Origin: Candidatus Latescibacterota bacterium
GTDB taxonomy: Bacteria > Latescibacterota > UBA2968
Assembly: GCA_965204745.1 (NCBI GenBank)
Contig: OZ242010.1
Coordinates: forward strand, 5,216,001 to 5,280,000
DNA length: 64,000 bases
Direction: 5' to 3'
Below are positions 28,746-38,730 of the stretch, piece by piece. Numbering within the stretch: the stretch's first letter is position 1; each line of letters starts with the position of its first letter. The notes below the pieces were generated by a model. The model was given only the letters and a program-made list of their open reading frames with translations. It was not told the DNA's origin and did not search any database. The position numbers and the translations under genes are program-made.

Positions 28746-29000
28746 GTGGACTACGAATTGACGCAACACGCCCGAGAAAGTCTCCGGATTCGTCCCAATA
28801 TCCAAATAGCGTGGATCGAGCGGGTACTCAGTTCCCCCGAACTCATAGTGCCTGATCGCGTGGATCCGGACTTGGAGCACAGGCTGGGGCGGATTGAAGA
28901 ATATGGCGGGCGCGTGTTGCGCGTGATTATTCGGACAAACACCACGCCATTGCGATTGATTACCTTTTACTTTGATCGCACAATGAGGAACCGGTTATGA
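28746..29000 (+). CDS. DUF4258-like putative RelE-fold toxin
   Basis: YELTQHA..R.I..WIERVL..P, GRVLRV, ITFYFDR; ATGA overlap with the next gene. Confidence 0.7.
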   Translation: MDYELTQHARESLRIRPNIQIAWIERVLSSPELIVPDRVDPDLEHRLGRIEEYGGRVLRVIIRTNTTPLRLITFYFDRTMRNRL

Positions 29001-29221
29001 AACTCCAAATTGACGAAGAAGCCGATGCGTTGCATCTGCGCCTGACCGATGGGCCGGGCGTAGCGTCCGAGGAAGTCGCTCCCGGCATTATCCTCGACTA
29101 CGACGCCGACGATCAAGTGATCGGCGTTGAAATTCTGTATCTCTCCAAACGGCCTCATCCCATCAATTTGATGGACTTTCAACTCGAGACGCGGCGAACC
29201 AAACTCGCAGAAAGCGCGTAA
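28997..29221 (+). CDS. DUF2283-like putative antitoxin
   Basis: DEEADAL.LRL, SEEVAPGIILDYD....IGVEIL. Confidence 0.8.
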   Translation: MKLQIDEEADALHLRLTDGPGVASEEVAPGIILDYDADDQVIGVEILYLSKRPHPINLMDFQLETRRTKLAESA

Positions 29222-29265
29222 GTCCCCTCGTCGTCGTGGTCGTCATTCGCATTGAGAGCGAACCC

Positions 29266-30798
29266 ATGCAAACTGGATGCGTATATCTCGTCGGTGCCGG
29301 GCCGGGCGATGTGGAATTGCTCACAGTGAAGGGCCTGCGTCTCATCCGAGAGGCGGATGTGATCTTGTATGACGGGTTGGCAAATCCCGCGCTATTGAAG
29401 GACGCATCCCCGAAGTGCGAGTGCATCAATGTGGAAAAACGCCCGGGGTATCAGCGCGTGCAACAAGCGGAAATCAACCACCTCATGGTGAACCGCGCGC
29501 AACAGGGCCTGCGCGTCGTGCGCTTAAAAGGGGGCGACCCGATGGTATTTGGGCGCGGGGGCGAGGAAGCCGAGGCGTTGAAAGCACGCGGCATTCGGTT
29601 TGAGATCGTGCCGGGCATCAGCAGTGCCATTGCCGCGCCCGCCTACGCTGGCATTCCCGCCACGCACAGGGGCATCTCCCCCCATGTGACGATAGTCACC
29701 GGGACGACCGCTGCACTCGAAGATCGCGGGGAAGTCGATTGGGAAGGGCTGGCAAAGGTGGGGGGCACGCTCCTCATTTTGATGGGCACGCGAAAACGCG
29801 GTGAAATTGCCCGCCGCCTCATCGCCGGGGGGCGACCACATGACACCCCCGTCGCAGCTATTCAATGGGGGTCTTTGCCCGCGCAACGCACAGTGAGAAC
29901 CACGCTGGCAAAAATGGGCGACGTCGCGATGACCAACCCCGCGGTGATCGTCATAGGAAAAGTCGCGGCAATGGACCTGGATTGGTTTGCGTCCAAGCCC
30001 CTGTTTGGACAGCGGATCGCCGTGACCAGAGCGCGTGTGCAGGCGAGTGACTTGACGCGCCAGTTGCAGGCATTGGGCGCGTGGGTCATCGAAGTGCCGA
30101 CCATTGCATTTGCCGAACCCGAGGATTGGCGCGATGTGGATTGTGCCATAGCAGAGGTGCATGCGTACGATTGGCTCATATTGACGAGTGCAAATGGAAC
30201 GGATCGCTTTTTCGAGCGTTTGTTTCACCAGGGCCGCGACCTGCGCGCATTGGGGAACACAAAAATTGCAACCGTCGGCGCGGCGACCTCGGCCCGAGTG
30301 CGCGCCTGGCATCTCAAGGTGGATCTCGAAGCGGCTGACCGCACCTCCGAAGGCTTGCTCGAGGCACTCGGCGATGATCTCTCCTCACGGCGATTTTTGT
30401 TGCCCCGGCCAGAAAAATCCCGGGGCGTACTCGGCGAGGGGATTCGCCAGCGCCGGGGCCAAGTCCGCGAAGTGGTCGTCTACAAAACCGTGCGGCCCGA
30501 TGCCTTGCCCGCTGAATTTTTGCAGCATCTCGACCGGGATGAGATCGATCTCATCACCTTTACGAGTTCATCCACGGTCACCAATCTCATAGACTCGCTC
30601 GGCGACGCCCTGCAACAACCGGGCAGAGAACGCTTGCGAGCAGCATGCATCGGCCCCATCACGGCCCAAACCGCAACCGCACATGGATTCGACGTGGTCG
30701 TGGAACTCCCCGCATCATCGGCATCCATTTCCGCCTTGGTGAAGGCCATTGAAGCACATGCAAAAAAAAATGCAACTTTTGGGCAAAAATGCGGTTGA
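29266..30798 (+). CDS. cobA: Uroporphyrinogen-III C-methyltransferase / uroporphyrinogen-III synthase fusion (CobA-HemD)
   Basis: VYLVGAGPGD, RLKGGDP..FGRGGEE, VPGISS; C-terminal PLFG.RIAVTR, FTSSSTV, CIGPITA. Confidence 0.93.
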   Translation: MQTGCVYLVGAGPGDVELLTVKGLRLIREADVILYDGLANPALLKDASPKCECINVEKRPGYQRVQQAEINHLMVNRAQQGLRVVRLKGGDPMVFGRGGEEAEALKARGIRFEIVPGISSAIAAPAYAGIPATHRGISPHVTIVTGTTAALEDRGEVDWEGLAKVGGTLLILMGTRKRGEIARRLIAGGRPHDTPVAAIQWGSLPAQRTVRTTLAKMGDVAMTNPAVIVIGKVAAMDLDWFASKPLFGQRIAVTRARVQASDLTRQLQALGAWVIEVPTIAFAEPEDWRDVDCAIAEVHAYDWLILTSANGTDRFFERLFHQGRDLRALGNTKIATVGAATSARVRAWHLKVDLEAADRTSEGLLEALGDDLSSRRFLLPRPEKSRGVLGEGIRQRRGQVREVVVYKTVRPDALPAEFLQHLDRDEIDLITFTSSSTVTNLIDSLGDALQQPGRERLRAACIGPITAQTATAHGFDVVVELPASSASISALVKAIEAHAKKNATFGQKCG

Positions 30799-30823
30799 CA
30801 TATCCGAAAAGACACAGTAAATT
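30795..30823 (+). promoter_or_regulatory. Sigma70 promoter
   Basis: TTGACA-17-TAAATT. Confidence 0.7.
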
Positions 30824-30868
30824 TAGGTCGAAATGAAAATCGATCACCTTTTTCACAGGAGGAGCGTT

Positions 30869-31675
30869 ATGAAGCGTATGATGGTTGCTGTAGGTCTGGG
30901 GCTGAGTTTGGTTGGCTCGGCCATTGCCGGTCCCTTGACACAGGGGCTGGAATTTACGGGCGGGGAGAATAGCCTGGCCAATCTCGTGTTGCAACGTGCA
31001 CAGAGCATTGTCGCCGAAGATGGCATGTTGAAGTTGCAGGTCACGATCAGCCACGCCCAAAAGTTGAAGGGCTATGGCTTTGTGTTGCAGTACGATCAGG
31101 CCAAGTACGAATTTGTCGAAGCGCGCGAAGTCGATCAAAATCTGCTCAACACCGGCAACGGGCAACCCGCGCTGTTTCTCGCATCCACCAAAACCCCCGG
31201 CCAAGTGGCTGTTGGGTCGATGAAGGTCGATGGGCAGGGGGCAAGCGGCGACGGCAGTTTGGTCGAGTTCGCGTTTAAGACCACGCACACGCCAGTGCCC
31301 ACGGATTTCCAAATTCTCGACGGCGTCATGGTCGATCTGTCCGGCGGCATCGATGCGATTACCAACATCGAAATTGGCAATCTCAAGCCCGTGCCCATGG
31401 ATTACGCCCTCAATCAAAATATCCCCAATCCCTTTAACCCCTCTACCACCATCAACTACCAGTTGCCCGAAGCCAGCGAAGTCCAACTGGTGATCTACAA
31501 CCTGCTCGGGCAGGAAGTCCGCACCCTGATTCGGGAATCTATGGACGCGGGTTTTCACTCGGTCGTTTGGGATGGCATGGACGAATACGGCAAGCAAGTC
31601 GCCAGCGGGATTTACATTTACCGCTTGTCCGCCACCAACTTCACGCAGGTGCGCCGCATGATGTTGCTGAAGTAA
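30869..31675 (+). CDS. Secreted cohesin-like domain protein with Por/FlgD-Ig C-terminal sorting domain
   Basis: Signal peptide; GYGFVLQYD...EFV and GDGSLVEFAF; QNIPNPFNPSTTI..IYNLLGQ..WDG..MMLLK. Confidence 0.75.
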   Translation: MKRMMVAVGLGLSLVGSAIAGPLTQGLEFTGGENSLANLVLQRAQSIVAEDGMLKLQVTISHAQKLKGYGFVLQYDQAKYEFVEAREVDQNLLNTGNGQPALFLASTKTPGQVAVGSMKVDGQGASGDGSLVEFAFKTTHTPVPTDFQILDGVMVDLSGGIDAITNIEIGNLKPVPMDYALNQNIPNPFNPSTTINYQLPEASEVQLVIYNLLGQEVRTLIRESMDAGFHSVVWDGMDEYGKQVASGIYIYRLSATNFTQVRRMMLLK

Positions 31676-31696
31676 TGGCGCGTTTGAAGTTTTCAA

Positions 31697-31730
31697 GGCC
31701 GCTTACCTCTGGTAGGTGGCCTTTTTTTTT
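31697..31730 (+). terminator. Intrinsic terminator
   Basis: GGCCGCTTACC-TCT-GGTAGGTGGCC followed by T9. Confidence 0.85.
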
Positions 31731-31742
31731 GGAGATCCCATT

Positions 31743-32810
31743 ATGATTCGCGTTGGTCTGGTCGGATATGGCTTGGGCGGCAAAGTCTTTCACGCGCCGC
31801 TGATCGACCTCGCGCCCGACCTCGCGCTGTACGCGGTCTGCTCGCGGTCCTCGGCAAAACGCTCGGCAGCAACGGCGGATTTTCCCTCGGTCAAGACTTA
31901 TGGCACGTATGACGCGCTGTTGGACGACGACAATGTCGATCTCGTCGTACTCGCCACGCCGCACGACACCCACGCGCCGATGAGCATCCAAGCGATGGAT
32001 GCGGGCAAACACCTCGTCACGGACAAAATCATGTGCTTAAACGAGGCCGAAGCGCGAGGCATGATCCAAGCGTCCAAGCGCAATGGGGTGTTCTTGAGCG
32101 TGTTTCAAAATCGGCGGTGGGATGGCGATTTTTTGACCTTGCAACGCCTGCTCGCATCCGGCGTCTTGGGCGATATTTACACTATCGAGTCCAACATCAC
32201 GACCTTTGGCGGGCCGCACAGCGGGTGGCGCGCGTGGAAAAAATACGGCGGTGGGCGCGTCCTCGATTGGGGCGCGCATCTCATAGATCAGGCCCTTCGG
32301 TTATACGGGCCGACAGTGGAAACCGTTTTTGCGGATTTGCAATACCGCTATCCCAAAGACAAAGCCGATGTCGAAACCCTAGCCCTCATCCACTTGCGAT
32401 TTGCAAACGGGACGCGCTTTTTCATCGAATTGGGCAGCGCGTGGATGTACGCCAAGCCCCGGTTTCAGGTGCGCGGTTCTCGCGGCAGTTTCAGAAAATA
32501 CGGGGTGGATCCCCAAGAGGCGGCGATGAAGGCAGGCGTTTTTGGCATGCCCATACCGGAAGACCCGGCGCGTTATCACCTGCGCGTGACAGACGACCAC
32601 GGGCAAACCGTGGAACGATCCGTATCGCCCGAGTTCGGCGAGTACCGCACGTATTACGACAACGTGGGCGCGGCACTTGTGCGTGGGAAAGAATTGCTGG
32701 TCAAACCCGAGGAATGTTTGGAAGCCATTCGCGTCATCGACGCCATCCGCCGCTCGGCAGAACGCGAAGAAGTGGTCGTGCTAAATGAAAACGAAGACCA
32801 AAGCGAGTAA
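31743..32810 (+). CDS. Gfo/Idh/MocA oxidoreductase
   Basis: GLVGYG..GKVFHAP, AGKHLVTDK, FQNRRWDGDF, GGRVLDWGAHLIDQ. Confidence 0.92.
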   Translation: MIRVGLVGYGLGGKVFHAPLIDLAPDLALYAVCSRSSAKRSAATADFPSVKTYGTYDALLDDDNVDLVVLATPHDTHAPMSIQAMDAGKHLVTDKIMCLNEAEARGMIQASKRNGVFLSVFQNRRWDGDFLTLQRLLASGVLGDIYTIESNITTFGGPHSGWRAWKKYGGGRVLDWGAHLIDQALRLYGPTVETVFADLQYRYPKDKADVETLALIHLRFANGTRFFIELGSAWMYAKPRFQVRGSRGSFRKYGVDPQEAAMKAGVFGMPIPEDPARYHLRVTDDHGQTVERSVSPEFGEYRTYYDNVGAALVRGKELLVKPEECLEAIRVIDAIRRSAEREEVVVLNENEDQSE

Positions 32811-32829
32811 TCAACGCAGTGCGTCGGAT

Positions 32830-33035
32830 TTTGGGGGCTGTTGGGCGGGGACTGACCACTTGGCGGTCAGGGGTTGGATGGGAACTGACCACTGACCCTT
32901 ACCTCTTCGGGCGGGCACGGGAGCACCGCCCCTGCGGTCTCAATGTTTCGATTTTGGGGTGGCTAGGCGGGGACTGACCACTGACAACTGACCACTTGGT
33001 GGTCGGGGATTGGATGGGAACTGACCACTGACCAG
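32830..33035. repeat. Duplicated intergenic block with ACTGACC heptamers and a REP-like palindrome
   Basis: 32827-32898 resembles 32951-33033. Confidence 0.7.
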
Positions 33036-33048
33036 AAAGGAAATTTCT

Positions 33049-33204
33049 ATGCTGTGGGGCATTGCGCTATTTGTCATTTTTACGATCTGTTATCTCGGGC
33101 AGTCCATCTCTTCTGGCCTGGGTGGAAAGCGCGGATGGTCCTTGCAATGGTTGTGCTGGCTCGTCGCGAGTTTGACCATGCTGATCTGCTACCTCATCGT
33201 ATAG
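33049..33204 (+). CDS. 51-aa two-TM small protein (absent from the ORF track)
   Basis: RBS aaagga; MLWGIALFVIFTICYLGQSISSGLGGKRGWSLQWLCWLVASLTMLICYLIV. Confidence 0.6.
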   Translation: MLWGIALFVIFTICYLGQSISSGLGGKRGWSLQWLCWLVASLTMLICYLIV

Positions 33205-33214
33205 GGGTGCCGCC

Positions 33215-33703
33215 GTGTTGTTCTGTGAATCGAAACGCCACCTCGACAAGCCCGATGAAGAATACATGTGTGATTTGGTGACACGCGGCGCAGACTGGGT
33301 GGTGCTGGCCTACGTATCCCGTCGCCCGTGGCAAGTCGCGGGCATCCATCTGCCAGCGGGTTCGCAAACACTGGCGTTTTACCAAACCGGGATCGAGCGC
33401 GTTTTGTGGCGCATGTGTGCCCCTTCAGGTGAACTGAAGGGGCATTTGTTTCATGTATGCCGAGATGTGCGCGTGGGGGAAAACGAGGTGAGCTATCTGG
33501 ACCTGCTCTTGGACATCTGGATCAACGCCGATGGCACTGCCCATGTCTTAGACCGAGACGAGGTCGCCGCCTGTCGCAAAGCGGGCAAATTATCCGCCGC
33601 GGACCTACAAATCATCGCAACAGAAGAAAAACGCATCGCGTCGCACTGGCCCAAATTCGTGCGCGAGTTGGAGGGAAAAATCATTGACTTTCTATTGGCC
33701 TAA
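33215..33703 (+). CDS. DUF402 (FomD-like) domain protein
   Basis: YLDLLLDIWI..DG...VLD.DE motif. Confidence 0.75.
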   Translation: MLFCESKRHLDKPDEEYMCDLVTRGADWVVLAYVSRRPWQVAGIHLPAGSQTLAFYQTGIERVLWRMCAPSGELKGHLFHVCRDVRVGENEVSYLDLLLDIWINADGTAHVLDRDEVAACRKAGKLSAADLQIIATEEKRIASHWPKFVRELEGKIIDFLLA

Positions 33704-33734
33704 TGTGATGCGATATGCAGATAGCAAATGATCC

Positions 33735-34061
33735 TTTTGACGTTCTGTAATCATTCAGAGAAGCCATGACAACCATGCCATCGCAAAAGACCATCAAAAA
33801 AGCCATCACGCACAGCGCGCAAGGCTGTCTCGCAACCAACATCCATTATGCAACCAACTTTGCAGGCCGGCGCATGTCGTGCTGTTACAAAAGCGATTTG
33901 CGCTGTGCAAGCCTCTCGGCGTTTGAGAGCGGCATTTTTGAACTGCTGGGGCAGTTGTACCCCGCTCGCCTACTTTTTTTTGTTGTTAAAAAAAAGTAGG
34001 TCGCCGAAGGCATCGGAGGCAACCAACGAGGCTGTAAGGCCAAACGTTTTAGACAAGCACC
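33735..34061 (-). repeat. Repeat family B, copy 2 (partial), with hairpin module at 33940-33967
   Basis: Reverse-complement homology to 21540-21838. Confidence 0.85.
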
Positions 34062-34068
34062 GTTGCGT

Positions 34069-34968
34069 TTATCTGCGTTCATCCGTGCTTTCTCCTCGCT
34101 TTTCGAGCATGGGCGCGAGTTCTTTGAGGTGGGTGAGAAAATCTTCGGCAATGGCCGGATGCTCGAGGGAAAGGGCCACCGTGGTCTTGAGGTAGGACAG
34201 GAGATCGCCGACTGTGTGCCACTCGCCTTCGATGGCACAGGCGTACACCACACGGGATTGGATCATCAGTTCAATGGCGTCTGTGAGTTGGTACTCGCCA
34301 TTCTCGGCCGGATTGATCTGTTCGAGGAAGTCGAAAATATCCGGTTCAAAAATGTATCGGCCTAGGGTGGCGAGATTGGATGGCGCGTTTGCCGGGTCGG
34401 GTTTTTCGACGAGGCCCTTGACGAGATACACATCGTTGATGCGCTTCGCCCGAATCACGCCGTAGTTGCCGATGTGTTCTGGCAGCACTTCTTTGACCGC
34501 GAGGATCGAACTGCTGTACCGGTTGTAGTGATCGATCATCTGCCCGATGCACGGGGTTTGCGACACCACGAGGTCGTCGCCGTACAGAACCGCAAAGGGT
34601 TCGTTGCCGACGTGTTTGCGGGCTTTGAGAACCGCGTGCCCGGTGCCCAACTGGTCTTTTTGCCGCACGTAGTGGATGTCGGCCAATTCTTCGATGCGCT
34701 CCAGGGTTTCGATCATGCCCGAGTCCGCGCGCTCGCGCAAGGCATGCGTGATTTCGATGTTGCGATCAAAGTGATCTTCAATCGCGCGTTTCCCCCGGCC
34801 CGTGATGATCAAAATGTCCTCAATGCCCGAATCCACGAGTTCCTCGATGATGTACTGAATCGCGGGTTTATCGACAATGGGCATCATTTCTTTGGGCAGG
34901 GCCTTGGTCGCGGGTAGCATGCGACTCCCGTGCCCCGCGGCTGAGATAACTGCTTTCCGAATTTGCAA
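34069..34968 (-). CDS. galU: UTP-glucose-1-phosphate uridylyltransferase
   Basis: IRKAVI.AAG.GSRMLPATKA.PKEM, RQ...LGTGHAV, VEKP, EYQLTDA; probable TTG start with RBS ggagg. Confidence 0.93.
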   Translation of the reverse strand: MQIRKAVISAAGHGSRMLPATKALPKEMMPIVDKPAIQYIIEELVDSGIEDILIITGRGKRAIEDHFDRNIEITHALRERADSGMIETLERIEELADIHYVRQKDQLGTGHAVLKARKHVGNEPFAVLYGDDLVVSQTPCIGQMIDHYNRYSSSILAVKEVLPEHIGNYGVIRAKRINDVYLVKGLVEKPDPANAPSNLATLGRYIFEPDIFDFLEQINPAENGEYQLTDAIELMIQSRVVYACAIEGEWHTVGDLLSYLKTTVALSLEHPAIAEDFLTHLKELAPMLEKRGESTDERR

Positions 34969-35275
34969 CGCGCCCTCCAATGACCCGCCCCCGCCCCGAG
35001 AAGCGAAAGCGAGGGGGTAGGTCTCATTAAATTTCTTCAAGTGATCGACTTCCAAATTTCAGACCGCCCCCCAAAAATGTCAAGGGTATTTTCCGGTTTC
35101 GCGCTGTTTCGCGTTGCTTGACTTTATCGGGGCAACCATGTATCATTCAAGCGAACCGTTGTTTTGCCGCATCTGTCGGGGCGGTTTATTTTTTTATTGC
35201 ATCCCGAACCCGCACACCCCGTTTTTTAACCGATTTTGCCGGATAGCTCACGGCTTCCGGTGGGAGAGATGGTCT

Positions 35276-36295
35276 ATGGCTTTTTGGTTTTCGAGTTGGT
35301 TTTCAAACGACATTGGCATCGATTTGGGAACCGCCAATACACTGGTTTACGTCAAGGGGCAGGGCATTTTGATCGATGAACCCTCCATTGTCGCCCTCGA
35401 GCGGCAGTCGCGCAAGCCGCTGGCGATAGGCACGCAAGCCAAGGAAATGCTCGGCCGCGAAAAACCGGATATCGAGGTCGTGCGCCCCCTGCGCGATGGC
35501 GTGATCGCCGATTTTGACGTGACCGAGGAAATGCTGCGCTTTTTTATTGCCAAAGTGCAAAAGAACAAGTTGCTGGTCCGCCCGCGCGTGGTGATTTGCG
35601 TACCCTCTGGCGTCACGCCCGTAGAGATGCGTGCGGTCAGGGAAGCCGCGGACCGCGCAGGCGCCCGCGAGGTCTATTTGATAAAAGAACCCATGGCCGC
35701 GGCGATTGGCGTCGGCCTGCCCGTGGACGAGGCATTGGGGTCGATGGTCGTGGATATCGGCGGGGGGACGACCGAGATCGCGGTGATTGCCCTGTCCGGC
35801 ATCGTGACGTCCAAATCGATCAAAATCGCAGGCGACGAAATGACGGAAGTCATCGTGCAATTCCTCAAGCGCAAACACAATCTGCTGGTGGGAAGCCGCA
35901 GCGCAGAGCAAATCAAGTGCGCCATTGGCGCGGCCTGCGAGCTCAAAGAAGAATTGCAACACACCTGCCGCGGTTTGGAACAACTACAAGCCATTCCCAG
36001 AACCATTGTCGTGGATTCCAAAGAAATCAGCGAAGCCCTGGCCGAGTCCGTGACCGCGATTATCAACGCAGTGCGGCAAACACTCGAACAGACCCCGCCC
36101 GAACTGGCCGCGGATATCCTCGACCACGGCATCATCTTGACCGGCGGCGGCGCCTTGTTGCGCGGCCTGGATCAGCGGTTGAAAGAGGAGACCGGCCTGT
36201 CCGTGATCGTGGCCGACGCCCCCCTGGAATGCGTGGCGAACGGCACGGGGAAAGTCCTCGCAGACCTCAACAACTACAAGAGCGTTTTGGAATGA
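35276..36295 (+). CDS. mreB: Rod shape-determining protein MreB
   Basis: IGIDLGTANT, RPLRDGVIADF, EPMAAAIG, DIGGGTTE, LTGGGALL. Confidence 0.97.
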   Translation: MAFWFSSWFSNDIGIDLGTANTLVYVKGQGILIDEPSIVALERQSRKPLAIGTQAKEMLGREKPDIEVVRPLRDGVIADFDVTEEMLRFFIAKVQKNKLLVRPRVVICVPSGVTPVEMRAVREAADRAGAREVYLIKEPMAAAIGVGLPVDEALGSMVVDIGGGTTEIAVIALSGIVTSKSIKIAGDEMTEVIVQFLKRKHNLLVGSRSAEQIKCAIGAACELKEELQHTCRGLEQLQAIPRTIVVDSKEISEALAESVTAIINAVRQTLEQTPPELAADILDHGIILTGGGALLRGLDQRLKEETGLSVIVADAPLECVANGTGKVLADLNNYKSVLE

Positions 36296-36296
36296 C

Positions 36297-37103
36297 ATGC
36301 AGCGATTTTACAGTTTCTTGAGCAATCGCCGCGAGCAAGTCGTGCTAGGCATTGCGATTTTTATTTCACTGGTCTTGATGCTGTTCGATCCCGCAACGCA
36401 GATGCGCGTTGCAAACCGAGTCGCGTTTGGGCTGACGGCTTTGGGGCATCGGGTTTTTGCCTGGCCGATAGAACTCTCGTCCCTGCGCTACGAAAACGAG
36501 GTGCTGCGCGACCAGAATGCGCGCCTTTCTCTGGAGTTGCACAAACTCCGAGAAGCCCGTCTCGAAAACGTACGCCTCTACGAGTTGCTGCATTTCAGGT
36601 CCCAACAAGAGACCGCAGAATCCTATCGCATTGCCCGGGTGATCGCACGCAATCCCGCGCGCGTGTCCAGCACAGTGTTGATAGACGCGGGGCGCGATGA
36701 GGGCATCCAAGTCCGCATGCCCGTCGTAACCGCAGATGGCTTGGTGGGCCGCGTTTTGGCGGTGCACGACCACTCGGCTATCGTGCAGTTGCTCATCGAC
36801 CGCAACTGCCGGGTCAGCGCAGTGGTGCAGCGCGAAAGCCGAACCAACGGCATCGCGTCGTTTGAAGATGGCGCGTTCTACCTAAAAAATGTACCCCTCC
36901 GCGCCGATATCGAAGTCGGCGATTTGGTGGTGTCCTCCGGCTTGGGCGACCTGTTTCCCAAAGGGCTTTCCGTGGGGCAGGTCGTCGAGATCGGCGACGA
37001 AGCACAGGGGTTGTTCCGCGAGGTGATCCTCGCCCCCTCCGTGAATTTTCACAACTTGGAGGAGGTCTTTGTGCTCACGACCCGTTCGCAGATCAAAAAG
37101 TAG
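36297..37103 (+). CDS. mreC: Rod shape-determining protein MreC
   Basis: N-terminal TM, coiled coil, GLVGRV, VSSGLG.LFPKG; follows mreB. Confidence 0.93.
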   Translation: MQRFYSFLSNRREQVVLGIAIFISLVLMLFDPATQMRVANRVAFGLTALGHRVFAWPIELSSLRYENEVLRDQNARLSLELHKLREARLENVRLYELLHFRSQQETAESYRIARVIARNPARVSSTVLIDAGRDEGIQVRMPVVTADGLVGRVLAVHDHSAIVQLLIDRNCRVSAVVQRESRTNGIASFEDGAFYLKNVPLRADIEVGDLVVSSGLGDLFPKGLSVGQVVEIGDEAQGLFREVILAPSVNFHNLEEVFVLTTRSQIKK

Positions 37104-37183
37104 ACCGGCTCGCCTATTCGTTCCACCGCTGTTATTTGGGCGCTTGAACCGCATTCAAGCGCTTTTTTTGCCGAGAGGCGAGG

Positions 37184-38353
37184 ATGAAAGATCAAAACGC
37201 CCAAAGAGAACGCGCCCACCTGCTACGGCGCATTGCCAAATTGGAATCGGAATGCCGCACGTTGGAAGAGACGGCAAGCCAGTACAAGGCGATTTTGGAA
37301 ACCACGGTCGACGCGATCATTACCATAGACAGCCATGGCATCGTCCAATCATTCAATGTTGCAGCCGAGCGCGTTTTCGGCTATCGCGCCTCGGAAGTGA
37401 TCGGCAACAATGTGGCCATGCTGATGCCCGAACCCCATCGTAGCCGCCACGACAGCTACATCGCCCGGTACTTGGAAACGGCCGTGCCCAAAATTATAGG
37501 CTACGGGCGGCGGGTAAATGGCCTGCGGAAAGACGGGACGAAATTCCCCATGGATTTGGCAGTCGGTGCGGTGATCCTAAAAGACAAGCACTTGTTCACG
37601 GGCATTGTGCGCGACCTGACCGAGCAGGTGTTGTTGGAGGAGCAAGTGATACAATCCGTCAAGGAGGCGGCACTCGGGCATTTGGTCAGTGGAATAGCCC
37701 ACGAGGTGAACAATCCGGTGGGCATTATTGGCGTACATCTGACCAATATGATGCGCGAGGTGAAAAATCAGCCCGTGTCAGCGGATATGATCGATGCGAT
37801 AGAGACCATCCAACGGCAAAACGATAAAATTGCCCACATCATCTCCGATTTGCTGTCCTTTTCCCGTCAATCGTCTTTCGCGCCCCGATTGACCGATATC
37901 AACGAGACGGTGCGCCGTGCCGAGAGGCTGGTCAAAACGGCGCTGAAAGACCGCGCCATAGCGTATCGCGCCAAATTGAAAATCGGATTGCCCAAGTTGT
38001 GGTTCGACCCCATCAACATCGAGCAGGTGCTGATCAATTTGTTCGACAATGCAATAGACGCGATGCCCAAGGGCGGTATTTTGACGGTTTCAACGGCACG
38101 GGAGACGGACGCATCAGATCGCGACTGGGTGGTGATCCGCGTGGCGGATACGGGCGAGGGCATCTCCGAAGAGGATCTCGACCATGTGTTCGATCCCTTT
38201 TTTACCACCAAGGATGTGGGCAAAGGCACGGGCTTGGGTTTGTCGGTGAGTTACGGGTTGATCCAAAAGCACGAAGGAAAAATTGAGGTGAGCAGTCAAC
38301 CGGGCAAAGGCAGCGCGTTTCGGATTTGCCTTCCCATAGATGAAGCGGAGTGA
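37184..38353 (+). CDS. PAS-domain sensor histidine kinase (NtrB-type)
   Basis: FixL-like PAS (MPEPHRSRHDSYI); H-box AHEVNNP; N, G1, F (FDPFFTTK) and G2 (GTGLGL) boxes. Confidence 0.93.
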   Translation: MKDQNAQRERAHLLRRIAKLESECRTLEETASQYKAILETTVDAIITIDSHGIVQSFNVAAERVFGYRASEVIGNNVAMLMPEPHRSRHDSYIARYLETAVPKIIGYGRRVNGLRKDGTKFPMDLAVGAVILKDKHLFTGIVRDLTEQVLLEEQVIQSVKEAALGHLVSGIAHEVNNPVGIIGVHLTNMMREVKNQPVSADMIDAIETIQRQNDKIAHIISDLLSFSRQSSFAPRLTDINETVRRAERLVKTALKDRAIAYRAKLKIGLPKLWFDPINIEQVLINLFDNAIDAMPKGGILTVSTARETDASDRDWVVIRVADTGEGISEEDLDHVFDPFFTTKDVGKGTGLGLSVSYGLIQKHEGKIEVSSQPGKGSAFRICLPIDEAE

Positions 38354-38355
38354 GC
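38307..38355 (+). repeat. 49-bp direct repeat (3' end of the kinase gene), copy 1
   Basis: Identical to 54135-54183. Confidence 0.9.
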
Positions 38356-38423
38356 GTTGTCAACGGGGGTATCCCCCTTTGGGTTAGATCTTATTTTTTT
38401 GCATAATCGGCGCGTTGAAGGGA

Positions 38424-38668
38424 TGTATCCCAAAGTATGCAGTGCGCCTTTTTGTATGCACTTTGTTTAAGTTTCTATGAATCAGTGGGTTATGTGTATT
38501 TGAAGCAAATAATCGGCTATTAGATGTATCCCGTTGTATGCACTCGCGCCTCGATGTCGCCTTTGCAAAGTTCATGCGCGTCAAATTTTATCTTTTTGTT
38601 TCTCAAGCACTTGGATCAATTTCAAGTGCTTTTTTTTGTGCAAAAAAATTTCTGGCATACATTTTGCA
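38424..38668 (+). promoter_or_regulatory. Sigma54 promoter with putative enhancer and IHF sites
   Basis: TGGCAT-N5-TTGCA at 38653-38668; TGYRY-N8-ATGCA at 38424, 38443 and 38525; IHF-like AATCAGTGGGTTA near 38480. Confidence 0.75.
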
Positions 38669-38730
38669 ATTAAAAGGGCGAAAGCAGTCCCAAATTTTCG
38701 CAGTGATTGACTTTAACAAGGAGAGACGTC

